Position numbers and translations under genes: made by a program. This document shows positions 45,535 to 55,550 of a DNA stretch of 55,713 nt, in pieces (the stretch's first letter is position 1; every line of letters starts with the position of its first letter). The stretch is from Candidatus Shapirobacteria bacterium CG_4_10_14_0_8_um_filter_39_15 (lineage in GTDB: Bacteria; Patescibacteriota; Microgenomatia; UM-FILTER-39-15), in the NCBI GenBank assembly GCA_002784465.1, contig PFLE01000011.1, positions 69,966 through 125,678 of the forward strand. Reading direction: 5' to 3'. Below the pieces are notes generated by a model. The model had not been told where the DNA came from. It saw only the letters and a list, made by a program, of their open reading frames with translations, and ran no database searches.

Positions 45535-47028
45535 TTAATCACCAAGTAATTTCCTTTTCAATTTTGTTTTGGTCATTTCTTCAATATGCTTTCTTGTTTT
45601 TTTACCAAATTTTTTCTCAATCATCTTTAGATATCGAGGATTTTCAAAGTACTTATTAAAAGCCTTATCTCGAAATCGAAGTATTTCTTCAGCTGAAAGA
45701 TATTTTGAAGGTAAGGGTAAAGTTTCATAGGAATGTTGAGAATAAGCATGCCATTCTTTGGGCAAATCCCATTTGTTTTTTAACGCAGTTTCATATAGTT
45801 TTGAGCCGGGATAAGCCATCGTGCAATAAAAATTTGCCCATTCGGTATTTAGTTCCAACGCTAAATTTAGAGTTTCCTGCATCGTTTCCATATTGTCATC
45901 GGGCAAACCAAAAATATAATTTCCCATTACATAAATCCCCGCTTCTTGAATCTTACGAACAACCTTAATAATGTCTTTTCGTCTGATTTGTTTATTAACA
46001 CCGTCTCTCACAATCTCGCTACCCGACTCAATCCCTAAACTAAGCCAATGAATGCCAGCCTTTTTCATTTTTGGTAAATTATTAAAATTAACAGAATCTA
46101 CCCGTGCGTAAGCCCAAAAATTTAAAGGATATCCTTTGTTAATCAAGCGTTTTATTAACAAATCAACTATAGTCATATAATGTTTTTCATCTAAAACAAA
46201 AAGTTCATCTATAATTTTAATATTTTTTATATGATATTTTTTGACCAAAAATTCGATTTCCGACACCACTAATTCTGGACTTCTATAACGAATTCCAGGC
46301 CGTCCAAAGGGGGTATTAATACAACAAAAAGCACAGGAATACGGACAACCCAAACTTGTGTACACGGCTGCGTAAGGAGAACGGTGATCAATATCATCCA
46401 TACTATGCCAATTATGAGCCCTGTATTTTTTCATTGGTAATAAATCCCATGCCGCGATAGGCAGCATTTCATCCAAATTCTTTACAAGAGGTGCACGAGG
46501 ATTGTTTTTTATTTTATTATTTTCCCGATACCATAAACCGGGGACTTCTGAATAATCTTGATTACCTTCTTTTAATTTCTCTAAAAGCTTGGTTAAAGTA
46601 AATGGTCCTTCGCCTTCAATCACAAAATCAACGGCTTCTTCAATCAAGGTTCTTTTTGGTAAGGCAGTTGGGTGCAATCCTCCAATCGCAATTTTAATAT
46701 TCGTTCCTGTTTTTAAAGCACTACAGATCTTTCCGGAAATTGACATATTTTGTGTAGAAGCAGAAGGTTGTGCTCCATACACTATTATCGCCGCTAAAAG
46801 AGGATTGTATTTTTGTACCTTCTTTGTAGTTTCCTCCGGCGTTAAATTATCCGCGTTAGAATCAACAATCGCCACTCTAAAACCTTTATTGCGTAAAAAA
46901 GCCGCCATAACGGCTATCCAATACGGCGGCTCAATACCGACAACATTTTTTCCTAATCCTTGAAATATTTGTCTCCTATCCCCGGGATTAATAAAAACAA
47001 TGTCTATCTTGTTTAGTTTTGTCTTCAT
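45535..47028 (-). CDS. Cobalamin-binding-domain radical SAM enzyme
   Basis: N-terminal B12-binding-type domain (GGLHPT, GEG), GCPYSCAFC, LGIESG and YIFGLP motifs. Confidence 0.9.
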   Translation of the reverse strand: MKTKLNKIDIVFINPGDRRQIFQGLGKNVVGIEPPYWIAVMAAFLRNKGFRVAIVDSNADNLTPEETTKKVQKYNPLLAAIIVYGAQPSASTQNMSISGKICSALKTGTNIKIAIGGLHPTALPKRTLIEEAVDFVIEGEGPFTLTKLLEKLKEGNQDYSEVPGLWYRENNKIKNNPRAPLVKNLDEMLPIAAWDLLPMKKYRAHNWHSMDDIDHRSPYAAVYTSLGCPYSCAFCCINTPFGRPGIRYRSPELVVSEIEFLVKKYHIKNIKIIDELFVLDEKHYMTIVDLLIKRLINKGYPLNFWAYARVDSVNFNNLPKMKKAGIHWLSLGIESGSEIVRDGVNKQIRRKDIIKVVRKIQEAGIYVMGNYIFGLPDDNMETMQETLNLALELNTEWANFYCTMAYPGSKLYETALKNKWDLPKEWHAYSQHSYETLPLPSKYLSAEEILRFRDKAFNKYFENPRYLKMIEKKFGKKTRKHIEEMTKTKLKRKLLGD

Positions 47029-48002
47029 TATATTTTACTTAACAGTTTTTTAATTTTTTTGGCGATAAATATTCCATCAAGATTATTGATTTTATGGAGA
47101 TATTCCCTATTACCAATATTAAAAGTATAGGAATCTCCGATTCCCATTTTATTCAAAACTATTGAGGATTTATTTTTTGTTAAAATATCGGATATCAAGC
47201 TATCTAATCCACCTTTACCTAAAAAGGCTTCTTCGATTGTTATTATATATTTATATTGTTTTAACCGTTCGTAAAGTAATTTTTCATTAAGCGGTTTAAG
47301 CAAAAAAACATCAATCACTCCGACTTTTATATTTTCACTCGCTAGCGTATCTCTCACCTCAAGAGCTCGGTGAGTCATGTATCCGTTAGAGACGATGCAG
47401 ATCTTTTCACCTCGAAATAATTGATTGAATCCTTTCGTAAAATCTATTTTTTGTTTTTCATCATATATCTGCACTACCGGCTTACCTTCAAACCGTATAT
47501 ATTTAGGACCTTTATTATTAATTGTATAATTTGCAAATTGTTCTGCTAACACCCAATCGCTTGGAGAAAACAATAAAATATTTGGCAATGTCCTTATAAT
47601 ACTAAGGTCTTCCAAACAATGATGGGTTGGACCGGAAACAACGTAGCTCATTCCTCCCCCTACACCAATTAAGTTTACATTAACTTGTCTTATTTGAGAG
47701 AGCATCGCCAAATTGATCCGAATTTGCTCAAAAGCTCTCATCGTTAAAAAGGAGGCAATTCCATATGCATAAACCGTAAATCCCTCCAAGGCTAAACCGG
47801 TAGAAACATTTATCAAATTCTGCTCGGCTATTCCTACATTGATAAATCTGTCCGGATAATCCTTTCTGATAGAATCAAGGGTAGGTGCACCAAAATCAGC
47901 AGACAAAAAGAATATCTTTTTGTTTCTCTTCATTATCCGATAAATCTGTTCGAGAAAAACATCCCGCATCGTTTTCGTCTGACTTCCTATCATTTTATTC
48001 AC
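47028..48002 (-). CDS. Transketolase-like, C-terminal (pyrimidine-binding) subunit
   Basis: RFINVGIAEQN, GPTHH..ED, YIR and TIEE motifs. Confidence 0.9.
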   Translation of the reverse strand: MNKMIGSQTKTMRDVFLEQIYRIMKRNKKIFFLSADFGAPTLDSIRKDYPDRFINVGIAEQNLINVSTGLALEGFTVYAYGIASFLTMRAFEQIRINLAMLSQIRQVNVNLIGVGGGMSYVVSGPTHHCLEDLSIIRTLPNILLFSPSDWVLAEQFANYTINNKGPKYIRFEGKPVVQIYDEKQKIDFTKGFNQLFRGEKICIVSNGYMTHRALEVRDTLASENIKVGVIDVFLLKPLNEKLLYERLKQYKYIITIEEAFLGKGGLDSLISDILTKNKSSIVLNKMGIGDSYTFNIGNREYLHKINNLDGIFIAKKIKKLLSKI

Positions 48003-48810
48003 TCCCTTTCAATAATAATTCAACTTCATCTTTTTTTAATGTTTTTATGTGACTTAAGGGGTCATTTTCTAACCGTGGAACGCCTTTTCCTTTAATAGTA
48101 TCGGCGATTATCACTTTTGACTTATCATCGTGAGAATTCTTAACTTTTACAAAAAGCTTATATAGTTTTTGGCAATTATGTCCTTCTACTCTAAAGACTT
48201 CCCAATTGAAAACTTTAAATTTCTCTTCCAACGGCTCGAGGTTAATAATATTACGGCAAAAATCAAGCATAGAAGCTTTATTATTATCAATAATTAAAAT
48301 TAGATTGTCTAATTTGTGATGAGACGCAAACATTACTGCTTCCCAGATAGAACCCTCATTAAGTTCTCCATCCCCAACTAAAACAAATACCTTCGATGTT
48401 AATTTCTTTTGTTTTAAGGCTAAAGCAAGACCACAAGCAACCCCAAGTCCATTGCCCAAAGAACCGTTAATCGTTTCGTAACCGGGAATAATTGGATCAG
48501 GAATACCTCCTAAAAAAGAACCTTCTTTACCAATCTTTTGAAGTTCGTTCTTATCGAAAAAACCCAAATCCGCCAATATCGGGTACATCCCTATTGAACC
48601 ATGACCTTTACTGATTATAAACCTATCTCTATCCTCCGCGAATATATTTTTAGAATCAAACTTAACAATTTTTCCGTAATATAAAACAGTTAAGATCTCA
48701 ATACACGACAAAGAAGATGCTATGCGTGTCTCGGGGCACAATAAGTGTAATTTTAATGTTTCTTGTCTTATTCCATCAGCTTTTTGCTGTAATAATTTAA
48801 ACATTACCAT
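47995..48810 (-). CDS. Transketolase-like, N-terminal (TPP-binding) subunit
   Basis: RDRFIISKGH, GSLGNGL, GDGELNEGSIWEA and TIKGKG motifs. Confidence 0.9.
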   Translation of the reverse strand: MVMFKLLQQKADGIRQETLKLHLLCPETRIASSLSCIEILTVLYYGKIVKFDSKNIFAEDRDRFIISKGHGSIGMYPILADLGFFDKNELQKIGKEGSFLGGIPDPIIPGYETINGSLGNGLGVACGLALALKQKKLTSKVFVLVGDGELNEGSIWEAVMFASHHKLDNLILIIDNNKASMLDFCRNIINLEPLEEKFKVFNWEVFRVEGHNCQKLYKLFVKVKNSHDDKSKVIIADTIKGKGVPRLENDPLSHIKTLKKDEVELLLKGSE

Positions 48811-49750
48811 ATAAACAGTTGGCCATCATTTTATAACCTTTTATTAATTCTTCGATTCCCATTTCCAGCGAATAAATTGGTTTAAAACCGGTTTTTTCTA
48901 TCTTTTCATTGGAAACGATATAATCACGCTTATCCGGATCTTCACCAACCGATGCTTCTAAATAAATAAATCCCGGTGCTTGTTCTTTAATTTTGGCGCA
49001 CAATTCTAACTTCGATAAGTTAGCATCTGATAATCCAACATTGTAGGGTTCGTTTTTCATTTTATCAAAATTATCCATCGCATGAATAAACGCCCGCGCA
49101 ACATCACGAATATGAATATAATTTCGTTTAAAATGTCCTTCAAAAATTACGACAAATCTGTCTTTAACTGCCCGATAGGTAAAATCGTTTACCAATAAAT
49201 CTAATCTCATCCGCGGCGACATTCCAAAAACCGTTGCCAATCTAAAAGTTATCGCATTTCCTCTTTCTAAAACGATTTTTTCTGCTTCTGTTTTGGTTTT
49301 TCCATATAAAGAAATTGGGTTAAGCGGGGTTTTTTCAGTACAATAGGTGTCTTTTTGACCAATGCCATACCCACTGTTGGTCGTAGGAAAAATAATTTTT
49401 TGCTCCTTAGAAAGCAAACTAACTAAAGTCGCAATCGCGTCTCTATTGGTAGTAACAGCCGCTACTTTGTCTTTATTGCAAGCCGGAACCCCCACAATAG
49501 CCGCAAGTGGAATCACTAAATCCTTGTCTTTAAGTAAAGATTTTAAAATACTTTCATCTCTGGCATCCCCTTTTACGATTTCAAAATTTTCATAAGAACA
49601 ACAATCAAAAAGAGAATTTTGGTTGTATAGAAAATTGTCCAAAACAGTTACTTTATGTCCCAGTCTTAGAAGCTCTGGAACCAGGATTGAACCAATATAA
49701 CCGGCACCGCCAGTAACAAGGATTTTTTTCTTGGAATTTTTTGGCATCAT
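48797..49750 (-). CDS. NAD-dependent nucleotide-sugar epimerase/dehydratase
   Basis: TGGAGYIG, YGKTK and RLATVFGMSPRMR.DL.VN motifs. Confidence 0.92.
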   Translation of the reverse strand: MMPKNSKKKILVTGGAGYIGSILVPELLRLGHKVTVLDNFLYNQNSLFDCCSYENFEIVKGDARDESILKSLLKDKDLVIPLAAIVGVPACNKDKVAAVTTNRDAIATLVSLLSKEQKIIFPTTNSGYGIGQKDTYCTEKTPLNPISLYGKTKTEAEKIVLERGNAITFRLATVFGMSPRMRLDLLVNDFTYRAVKDRFVVIFEGHFKRNYIHIRDVARAFIHAMDNFDKMKNEPYNVGLSDANLSKLELCAKIKEQAPGFIYLEASVGEDPDKRDYIVSNEKIEKTGFKPIYSLEMGIEELIKGYKMMANCLYGNV

Positions 49751-49756
49751 TAGATT

Positions 49757-50371
49757 TTATTTTTTATTTTTCACTTTTAACTTACCAAAAAGTTCTGCTT
49801 CTAAAAATTCACAAATCATATGATAAATCAACATATGTCCTTCCTGGATCCTTGGCGTGGAAACTGAAGGAACACATAAACAATAGTCCGCCAATTGGCT
49901 AATTAAATTTTTCCTATTACTCCCCGTCATCCCAATTGTTAACATCCCCATATTTTTAGCTGTTTTAAGCGCCTCTATTACATTTTTGGAGTTGCCACTG
50001 GTAGAAATACCAATAAGGATATCTCCCGTTTTCCCTTTTGCTTCAACCTGTCTGGCAAAGATCTTCTCAAAATGATAATCATTACCTATGGCTGTCAAAG
50101 ACGAAGTATTGGTTGTCAGGGCTTCCGCATCAATCGCCTTCCGTTCAAGAAAAAATCTACCTACAAGTTCAGCAGCCATATGTTGAGAATCCGCCGCGCT
50201 TCCCCCGTTGCCGCATATCAATATCTTGCCGCCCCTGTTTAACGATTCAAATAAAATTTTTACGACATTTTCCAGTGATGATATAAAATTCTGGTCTTTC
50301 ACCAAAATTTCCACTACTTCCAAGTGTTCTTTTAGTCTTTCAAATATTATTTTCTTTTTGATACCATTCAT
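49757..50371 (-). CDS. gmhA: Phosphoheptose isomerase
   Basis: CGNGGSAADSQHMAAELVGRF, GNDY, STSGNS and RIQEGH motifs. Confidence 0.94.
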   Translation of the reverse strand: MNGIKKKIIFERLKEHLEVVEILVKDQNFISSLENVVKILFESLNRGGKILICGNGGSAADSQHMAAELVGRFFLERKAIDAEALTTNTSSLTAIGNDYHFEKIFARQVEAKGKTGDILIGISTSGNSKNVIEALKTAKNMGMLTIGMTGSNRKNLISQLADYCLCVPSVSTPRIQEGHMLIYHMICEFLEAELFGKLKVKNKK

Positions 50372-51272
50372 AAGTAAGTTTTAATCCTCTCTCTAAATCA
50401 AATTCTGGTTTCCAACCAATATCGTTTATTTTACTACTGTCTAAAATTTTCCGCAAGACCCCATCCGGTTTAGAAGTATTAAAAATTATTTTTCCCTTAA
50501 ATCCCACAATTTTTTTTACCAGATATGCTAATTTCTTAATGGAAATGTCATTACCGAAACCAACATTTATAAGATTAATATTAAAATCATTATTCATTAA
50601 AAAAACGGAAGCCCTGCATAAATCGTCAATGTAAATAAATTCTCTGCGCGGTTTTCCACTCCCCCAAACTTCTATTTCTTTTTTCTTTTCGATTTTTGCT
50701 TCGTGAAATCGTTTAATTAAAGAAGAAATTACGTGTCCGTTTTCTAAATTAAAATCGTCACCCGGTCCGTATATAGTCGCTGGTATCAAGGAAAAAAAAT
50801 CGGTTCCATATTGTTGACGAAAAGATCGGCACATTTCGATACCAGCAATTTTTGAAATCGCATATGGCTGACTGGTTTTTTCCAACGCACCTTCCAATAA
50901 ATATTCTTCTCTAATTGGTTGGGGACATTTTTTCGGATAAGCACAGGAACTCCCGTAAAAAAGAAGTTTTTTGACTTTATTTTTAAAAGCGGCTCGGATA
51001 ATATTATTTTGCGCTTCTAAATTCTCATAAATAAAATCAGCCGGATATTTCATATTTGCCGCTATCCCGCCGGCTTTTATATAACCTAAAAAAACATATT
51101 CCGGTTGTTCTTTAAGAAAAAAGGCGGTGACTGATTTTTGGGATAGTAAATCAAGGCCGGTATTGGTCTCACTAAAAACATTGGTAAGGCCTTGTTTTTG
51201 TAAGAATGCAATTAATCCTTTACCCGGAAGAATTTTGTCTCCAACGATTAAAATTTTAGCATTCTTATTCAT
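50340..51272 (-). CDS. GDP-L-fucose synthase-like epimerase/reductase (Fcl/WcaG/ColC family)
   Basis: GGIAAN..YPADF, GSSCAYPK..PQPI.E, YAISK, WGSGKPRREF and KPDG motifs. Divergent N-terminal Gly motif. Confidence 0.88.
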   Translation of the reverse strand: MNKNAKILIVGDKILPGKGLIAFLQKQGLTNVFSETNTGLDLLSQKSVTAFFLKEQPEYVFLGYIKAGGIAANMKYPADFIYENLEAQNNIIRAAFKNKVKKLLFYGSSCAYPKKCPQPIREEYLLEGALEKTSQPYAISKIAGIEMCRSFRQQYGTDFFSLIPATIYGPGDDFNLENGHVISSLIKRFHEAKIEKKKEIEVWGSGKPRREFIYIDDLCRASVFLMNNDFNINLINVGFGNDISIKKLAYLVKKIVGFKGKIIFNTSKPDGVLRKILDSSKINDIGWKPEFDLERGLKLTYEWYQKENNI

Positions 51273-52381
51273 ATATATTTAACAATGCTTTCTTCCTTTT
51301 CTAATGAATGAAGATATTTTATGATGTTATTCCGATATTGTACTTGATTTTTATAAACGTGCAATATGGCTCTACTGATATTTTCTTTTGTAGGGTCAAT
51401 TACCACTCCCAGCTTATTTATTTCGATTATTTTCGCCATCGGCCCAATATTTTTTGTTACCACTACGGGGATTAAATATTGTAAATAATCGCATATTTTC
51501 GCCGGAATGGTTTTGCTGGTATGGCTCTCTTTGCTCGTAACGAGATTAAGACCGCAAAAACAATCTTTTAGCGCTTCTTTAAATTTTTCTTTTTCTGTGA
51601 ATCCCATAAATTCTATATTTTTTTCAACTCCGTTACTTATCGCCAGTTTCTTTATAAAAAGTTCTTGATGACTTTTATTCCCTATCATTTTTAAGCTAAC
51701 AGGAACTGATTTTCTTATTTTAGGTAAAGATGAAACCACAAAATTTACTCCAGAATCGTCTCTTAATAATCCTAAAAAAACAATCTTGTTTTTTAAAACG
51801 TTACTCATATCCTGTTTAATTTTAAGCCGGTTGACAAAAAGCACATCTTTGTTGGAAGCCGATTTTCCCCAAAATTTATTTCTTTCTTCAATAATTTGTA
51901 AAGTACAATTCAAAGTTATATCGCTAAATTTACAAGCGACATAATCAAAAACAGGGAAAATAATATTATTTCCGAGATGACTCCATATCCCCATACGGAC
52001 AACATTGCCTGCCAACCAATCACCGGGAATATATAACATTTTTTTAACCAAACCAATCTTACGCAAAATTCCTACAATCGCAGCAGCAAAAGTGTTTTCC
52101 ACTATTATGGTATTTACCCGATATTTAAAACAAAAATACAAAAAAATTCCCAATACTTTCAAAAGATTCGCCACGAACATTAAGGGATAAACAAAATAGT
52201 CTATTTTGGGATTACTAAAATGAAAAGATGACAATCCTTCATTTTTAATATCGTAGTTTTTGGGTTTATATGCGACTCTTATTCCCTGTTTATTGAAAAT
52301 TAATATAATTGAATTTGGTCTATAAATAACAATGTCTTCAATAAAAACATCGTTATCAAAAGAATCCACTTTATAAGCCAA
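51269..52381 (-). CDS. GT4-like glycosyltransferase (start uncertain)
   Basis: C-terminal PAKICDYLQYLIPVVVT GT-B motif. Confidence 0.72.
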   Translation of the reverse strand: MAYKVDSFDNDVFIEDIVIYRPNSIILIFNKQGIRVAYKPKNYDIKNEGLSSFHFSNPKIDYFVYPLMFVANLLKVLGIFLYFCFKYRVNTIIVENTFAAAIVGILRKIGLVKKMLYIPGDWLAGNVVRMGIWSHLGNNIIFPVFDYVACKFSDITLNCTLQIIEERNKFWGKSASNKDVLFVNRLKIKQDMSNVLKNKIVFLGLLRDDSGVNFVVSSLPKIRKSVPVSLKMIGNKSHQELFIKKLAISNGVEKNIEFMGFTEKEKFKEALKDCFCGLNLVTSKESHTSKTIPAKICDYLQYLIPVVVTKNIGPMAKIIEINKLGVVIDPTKENISRAILHVYKNQVQYRNNIIKYLHSLEKEESIVKYI

Positions 52382-52398
52382 AACTGCTATTTCTTTTC

Positions 52399-53352
52399 TT
52401 ATTTGATATCTCCTTTACCAAACCCTACCAAACTTTTAATAATGTAATTAGGTCTATTCCTTGTTTGCCGGTAAATTGCACCGATATATAATCCCAAAAC
52501 GCCGATGGTTAAAAGTTGTATTCCTCCCAAAAAAAACATCGTAGCCATAATCGCCGACCATCCCGGCAAGTTTAAATTAAAAAGTTTCATTATAAAAATT
52601 ATTGCTAAATACAAAAACGCGCCCATAGAAACTAAAAAACCCAATAGTAATGAGATTTTTAAAGGTGCGTCGGAAAAAGAAATTAAAGCAGATTCTAAAA
52701 AGTTATCAATCACTTTACGGCTGTAAATCGGAAATTTTGTTTTGCCTCCCCAACGGGCATCGCGATGGTAGAAAACTTGCGCCTGTTTAAAACCCACCAA
52801 CGAAACCAAGCCCCTGATAAAAGGCTTTTCTTCCTCAAGTTTAATCAACTCATTAACCGCCTTTCTCGATAACAACTTAAAATCGCCCGCATTAGGCGTG
52901 ATCTTAATATCTGAAACCGATTTTAAAAGAAAGTAACCCACTTTTGTCAACCATAGCTTTATGGGGTGTTCACCGGCGCGGGTAATCCTCACGGTATTCA
53001 CAATTTCAGTATCTTGGCTTTCTTTCCAAGCTGTTATTAACTTCGGAATTAATTCGGGAGGATCCTGTAAGTCGGCATCCATATAAATGACTGCATCTCC
53101 GCAAGTGTGTTTCAATCCCGCCATTACGCAACCCCCCACCCCAAAATTGCGGGACATGTTAATTATTTTTATATCTTTATGTCCCCGAGCCGCTTTTTTT
53201 AATAATACCAAAGAGTTATCTATTGAATCGTCATTTACAAAAATTAACTCATAATTCTTTTTATATATTGCCAAGGAAGCACGCAACCGTTGAATTAATT
53301 CCGGAATCACTTTTTCTTCGTTATAAAATGATAAAACTACTGAAATAAACAT
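52399..53352 (-). CDS. GT2 polyprenol-phosphate glycosyltransferase (GtrB/ArnC-like)
   Basis: FYNEE, FVNDDS, SRNFG, MDADLQDPPE and GDFKL motifs, plus two C-terminal TM helices. Confidence 0.92.
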   Translation of the reverse strand: MFISVVLSFYNEEKVIPELIQRLRASLAIYKKNYELIFVNDDSIDNSLVLLKKAARGHKDIKIINMSRNFGVGGCVMAGLKHTCGDAVIYMDADLQDPPELIPKLITAWKESQDTEIVNTVRITRAGEHPIKLWLTKVGYFLLKSVSDIKITPNAGDFKLLSRKAVNELIKLEEEKPFIRGLVSLVGFKQAQVFYHRDARWGGKTKFPIYSRKVIDNFLESALISFSDAPLKISLLLGFLVSMGAFLYLAIIFIMKLFNLNLPGWSAIMATMFFLGGIQLLTIGVLGLYIGAIYRQTRNRPNYIIKSLVGFGKGDIK

Positions 53353-55550
53353 TAAAAACTAGGAGGCTCCTTTCTTTCTTTTCGCCAATAAGCCCGTAAC
53401 CAATGAAAAAAAACTATCATAATAATAAAATAAGAACCTACCAACGTATAAGGGATAAACGGAGGAGAAAATTGGAATTTAATATTGGACCGTCCTTCCG
53501 AAACCAATACTGCTTTAAAACCAAACAGATTAGAAAGGGCAACGTTTTTGCCGTTAATTGTGGCAGTCCAATATGGAAAAAACGCGTCACGCCAAAAGAA
53601 AAGAGATTCCTCCGGGGAAAAAATGTTCAATTCCAAAGTATTATAAGTTTGATGAACTATCCTTACCGATCCTTTCAAGCCTTGATCGCTTATCAACTTT
53701 TCAAAGATATCATTAAATTCCACCAATAGTTTTGGGTTATTCGAGTTACCACTTGTAAAAAATTTTGATAAAAGTGAGGAGTTTGCCTCGTAAAGAGCCA
53801 TTTGGGGAAGTGAAGCCAGGTCTTCTCCGTTTTGCTTCAAGTCCCGCAGTGACTTTAATTCTAAAATCGTTGAAGCTACAAAACTACCGGGGTTGGCACT
53901 TCCAAACCCGACGGAATAGGCTGGCGATTCGTTTTTGAATGAAGATCCTTTATTAAAAAGAAACGACCTAACATGCCAAAAGGCAATCGTAGAAATATCA
54001 ATAAAAACTAACAATAATAATAGCATAAAGATCCGAGATACTTGTTCACGACTATTAGCCATTCCTAACCAAATCAACACAATGCCGTAAAACAAGACCA
54101 TCGTTAACATAAAACCAAACATAAATGTTGACGATGCGGAATTTCCATAAACAATAGAAAAAAGCCCTATTGAAAAAATTGAAGTAACTGAAAAAATTAG
54201 AACCAGCATCCGTCTTTTAAATTTATTCGCCTCCAATAGCACCTCTGCTCCCAGTCCTATTCCAAAGATAATCAAAAGGAATAATCCCAGACGAAAAAAG
54301 GTATCACTATAATGATTAACGGCTCGAAGGGGCGTTTCCCAAAGCAAAACGGAACTAAATAGGGGACTATATCCGGATAAGACCACAACTGTTGAGCTTA
54401 TGACAATTAAGATAAATAGTCTGACTCGCCAAACAGATTTACTAAAGAAGAGACCAATGATAAGAAGCGGAAGCGCCAATAGTCCTAAATAGACATAAGC
54501 AACATGGTCTTTGCCAGATAAGGGAGCTTGCGGATAACTAAACAATTGCCAAGTGCCATTAGTCCACTCGAATCCGACAGCTGGTGTGGAAATAGCCAAA
54601 ATCTCCATCGGGTTCCCCGGACGAAGCTGATCATAAGTATATGTTCTTTGACCGATAGTCGATCTGACGATATTCGACCCCTGTAAGTAAGTAAAAAGGG
54701 CAGTTGACATGCAGACAAAAAATAAGATCGTGGCAATAATCCATGTTTTTCTAGAAACACTTCTAATGATTTGTCTTATTGATGTCGATGGCGGTAACGT
54801 TGCGAAGCAAACAATTATAAATAAAGGAATAAAGACAATATTCCAATATAAAAAAAGATGATTAAGGGAAACTGCTAATATTAAAGTCGAAAGGACCAAA
54901 GCCAAAAAATTAATTTTATTTTGCTTTTTAAGAAATTTTAAAAAAGCGGTTGCAAAGAAAAGACCATAGGCCGTTTGGACTAGTCCATCGTCGCTAAGAT
55001 TCAAAATTATGCCCGGCGAAAAACTAACCAATATCAGGACCAACGAAATAACGAGATTTTTAGTAAATATCTGCCTGGCCAGAAGTAGCGCTCCAACTGA
55101 AAAAAGCGCAGGAATTAAAAAACCGCAGTAGATAACGTAGAGAGTATGAAATGAAGAAATGTTTATTCGGAAAAGTCCCAAAAGCCAAAAAATAAAAGCC
55201 AATACGGCGAATAACGGGTGGGTAATATTGACCCCAAGAATTGAAAAATAATAGATTGGAAAACCGGTACCAAGATTGGGATTCCACCATGCAAATTCGT
55301 GAAAGTAATTGAGAGCGTTCAAATTATCACGGAAAAAGCTGAATAAACTGGATACGTCATGATACAGTGTTTTATTAACTAGAAAATTGCCCCAAAGAAC
55401 TACTCCCGAAAAAATATTTAAAACTAAAAGTAAAAGTAATTGCCAACCAAAAAAATTATTGTCTTTTAATAATTTTTTTAGTAACGATTTGGTAGGTAAT
55501 CGATTCCAAAAAGAAACTAAGATTTTTTTTAAATTAATTTTTATTTTCAT
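53352..55550 (-). CDS. YfhO-like polytopic membrane protein (putative GT-C; likely start 55550)
   Basis: WWNP..GTGFP, YLGLL, many TM helices and C-terminal FPYWTATING...FKAV. Confidence 0.72.
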   Translation of the reverse strand: MKIKINLKKILVSFWNRLPTKSLLKKLLKDNNFFGWQLLLLLVLNIFSGVVLWGNFLVNKTLYHDVSSLFSFFRDNLNALNYFHEFAWWNPNLGTGFPIYYFSILGVNITHPLFAVLAFIFWLLGLFRINISSFHTLYVIYCGFLIPALFSVGALLLARQIFTKNLVISLVLILVSFSPGIILNLSDDGLVQTAYGLFFATAFLKFLKKQNKINFLALVLSTLILAVSLNHLFLYWNIVFIPLFIIVCFATLPPSTSIRQIIRSVSRKTWIIATILFFVCMSTALFTYLQGSNIVRSTIGQRTYTYDQLRPGNPMEILAISTPAVGFEWTNGTWQLFSYPQAPLSGKDHVAYVYLGLLALPLLIIGLFFSKSVWRVRLFILIVISSTVVVLSGYSPLFSSVLLWETPLRAVNHYSDTFFRLGLFLLIIFGIGLGAEVLLEANKFKRRMLVLIFSVTSIFSIGLFSIVYGNSASSTFMFGFMLTMVLFYGIVLIWLGMANSREQVSRIFMLLLLLVFIDISTIAFWHVRSFLFNKGSSFKNESPAYSVGFGSANPGSFVASTILELKSLRDLKQNGEDLASLPQMALYEANSSLLSKFFTSGNSNNPKLLVEFNDIFEKLISDQGLKGSVRIVHQTYNTLELNIFSPEESLFFWRDAFFPYWTATINGKNVALSNLFGFKAVLVSEGRSNIKFQFSPPFIPYTLVGSYFIIMIVFFHWLRAYWRKERKEPPSF

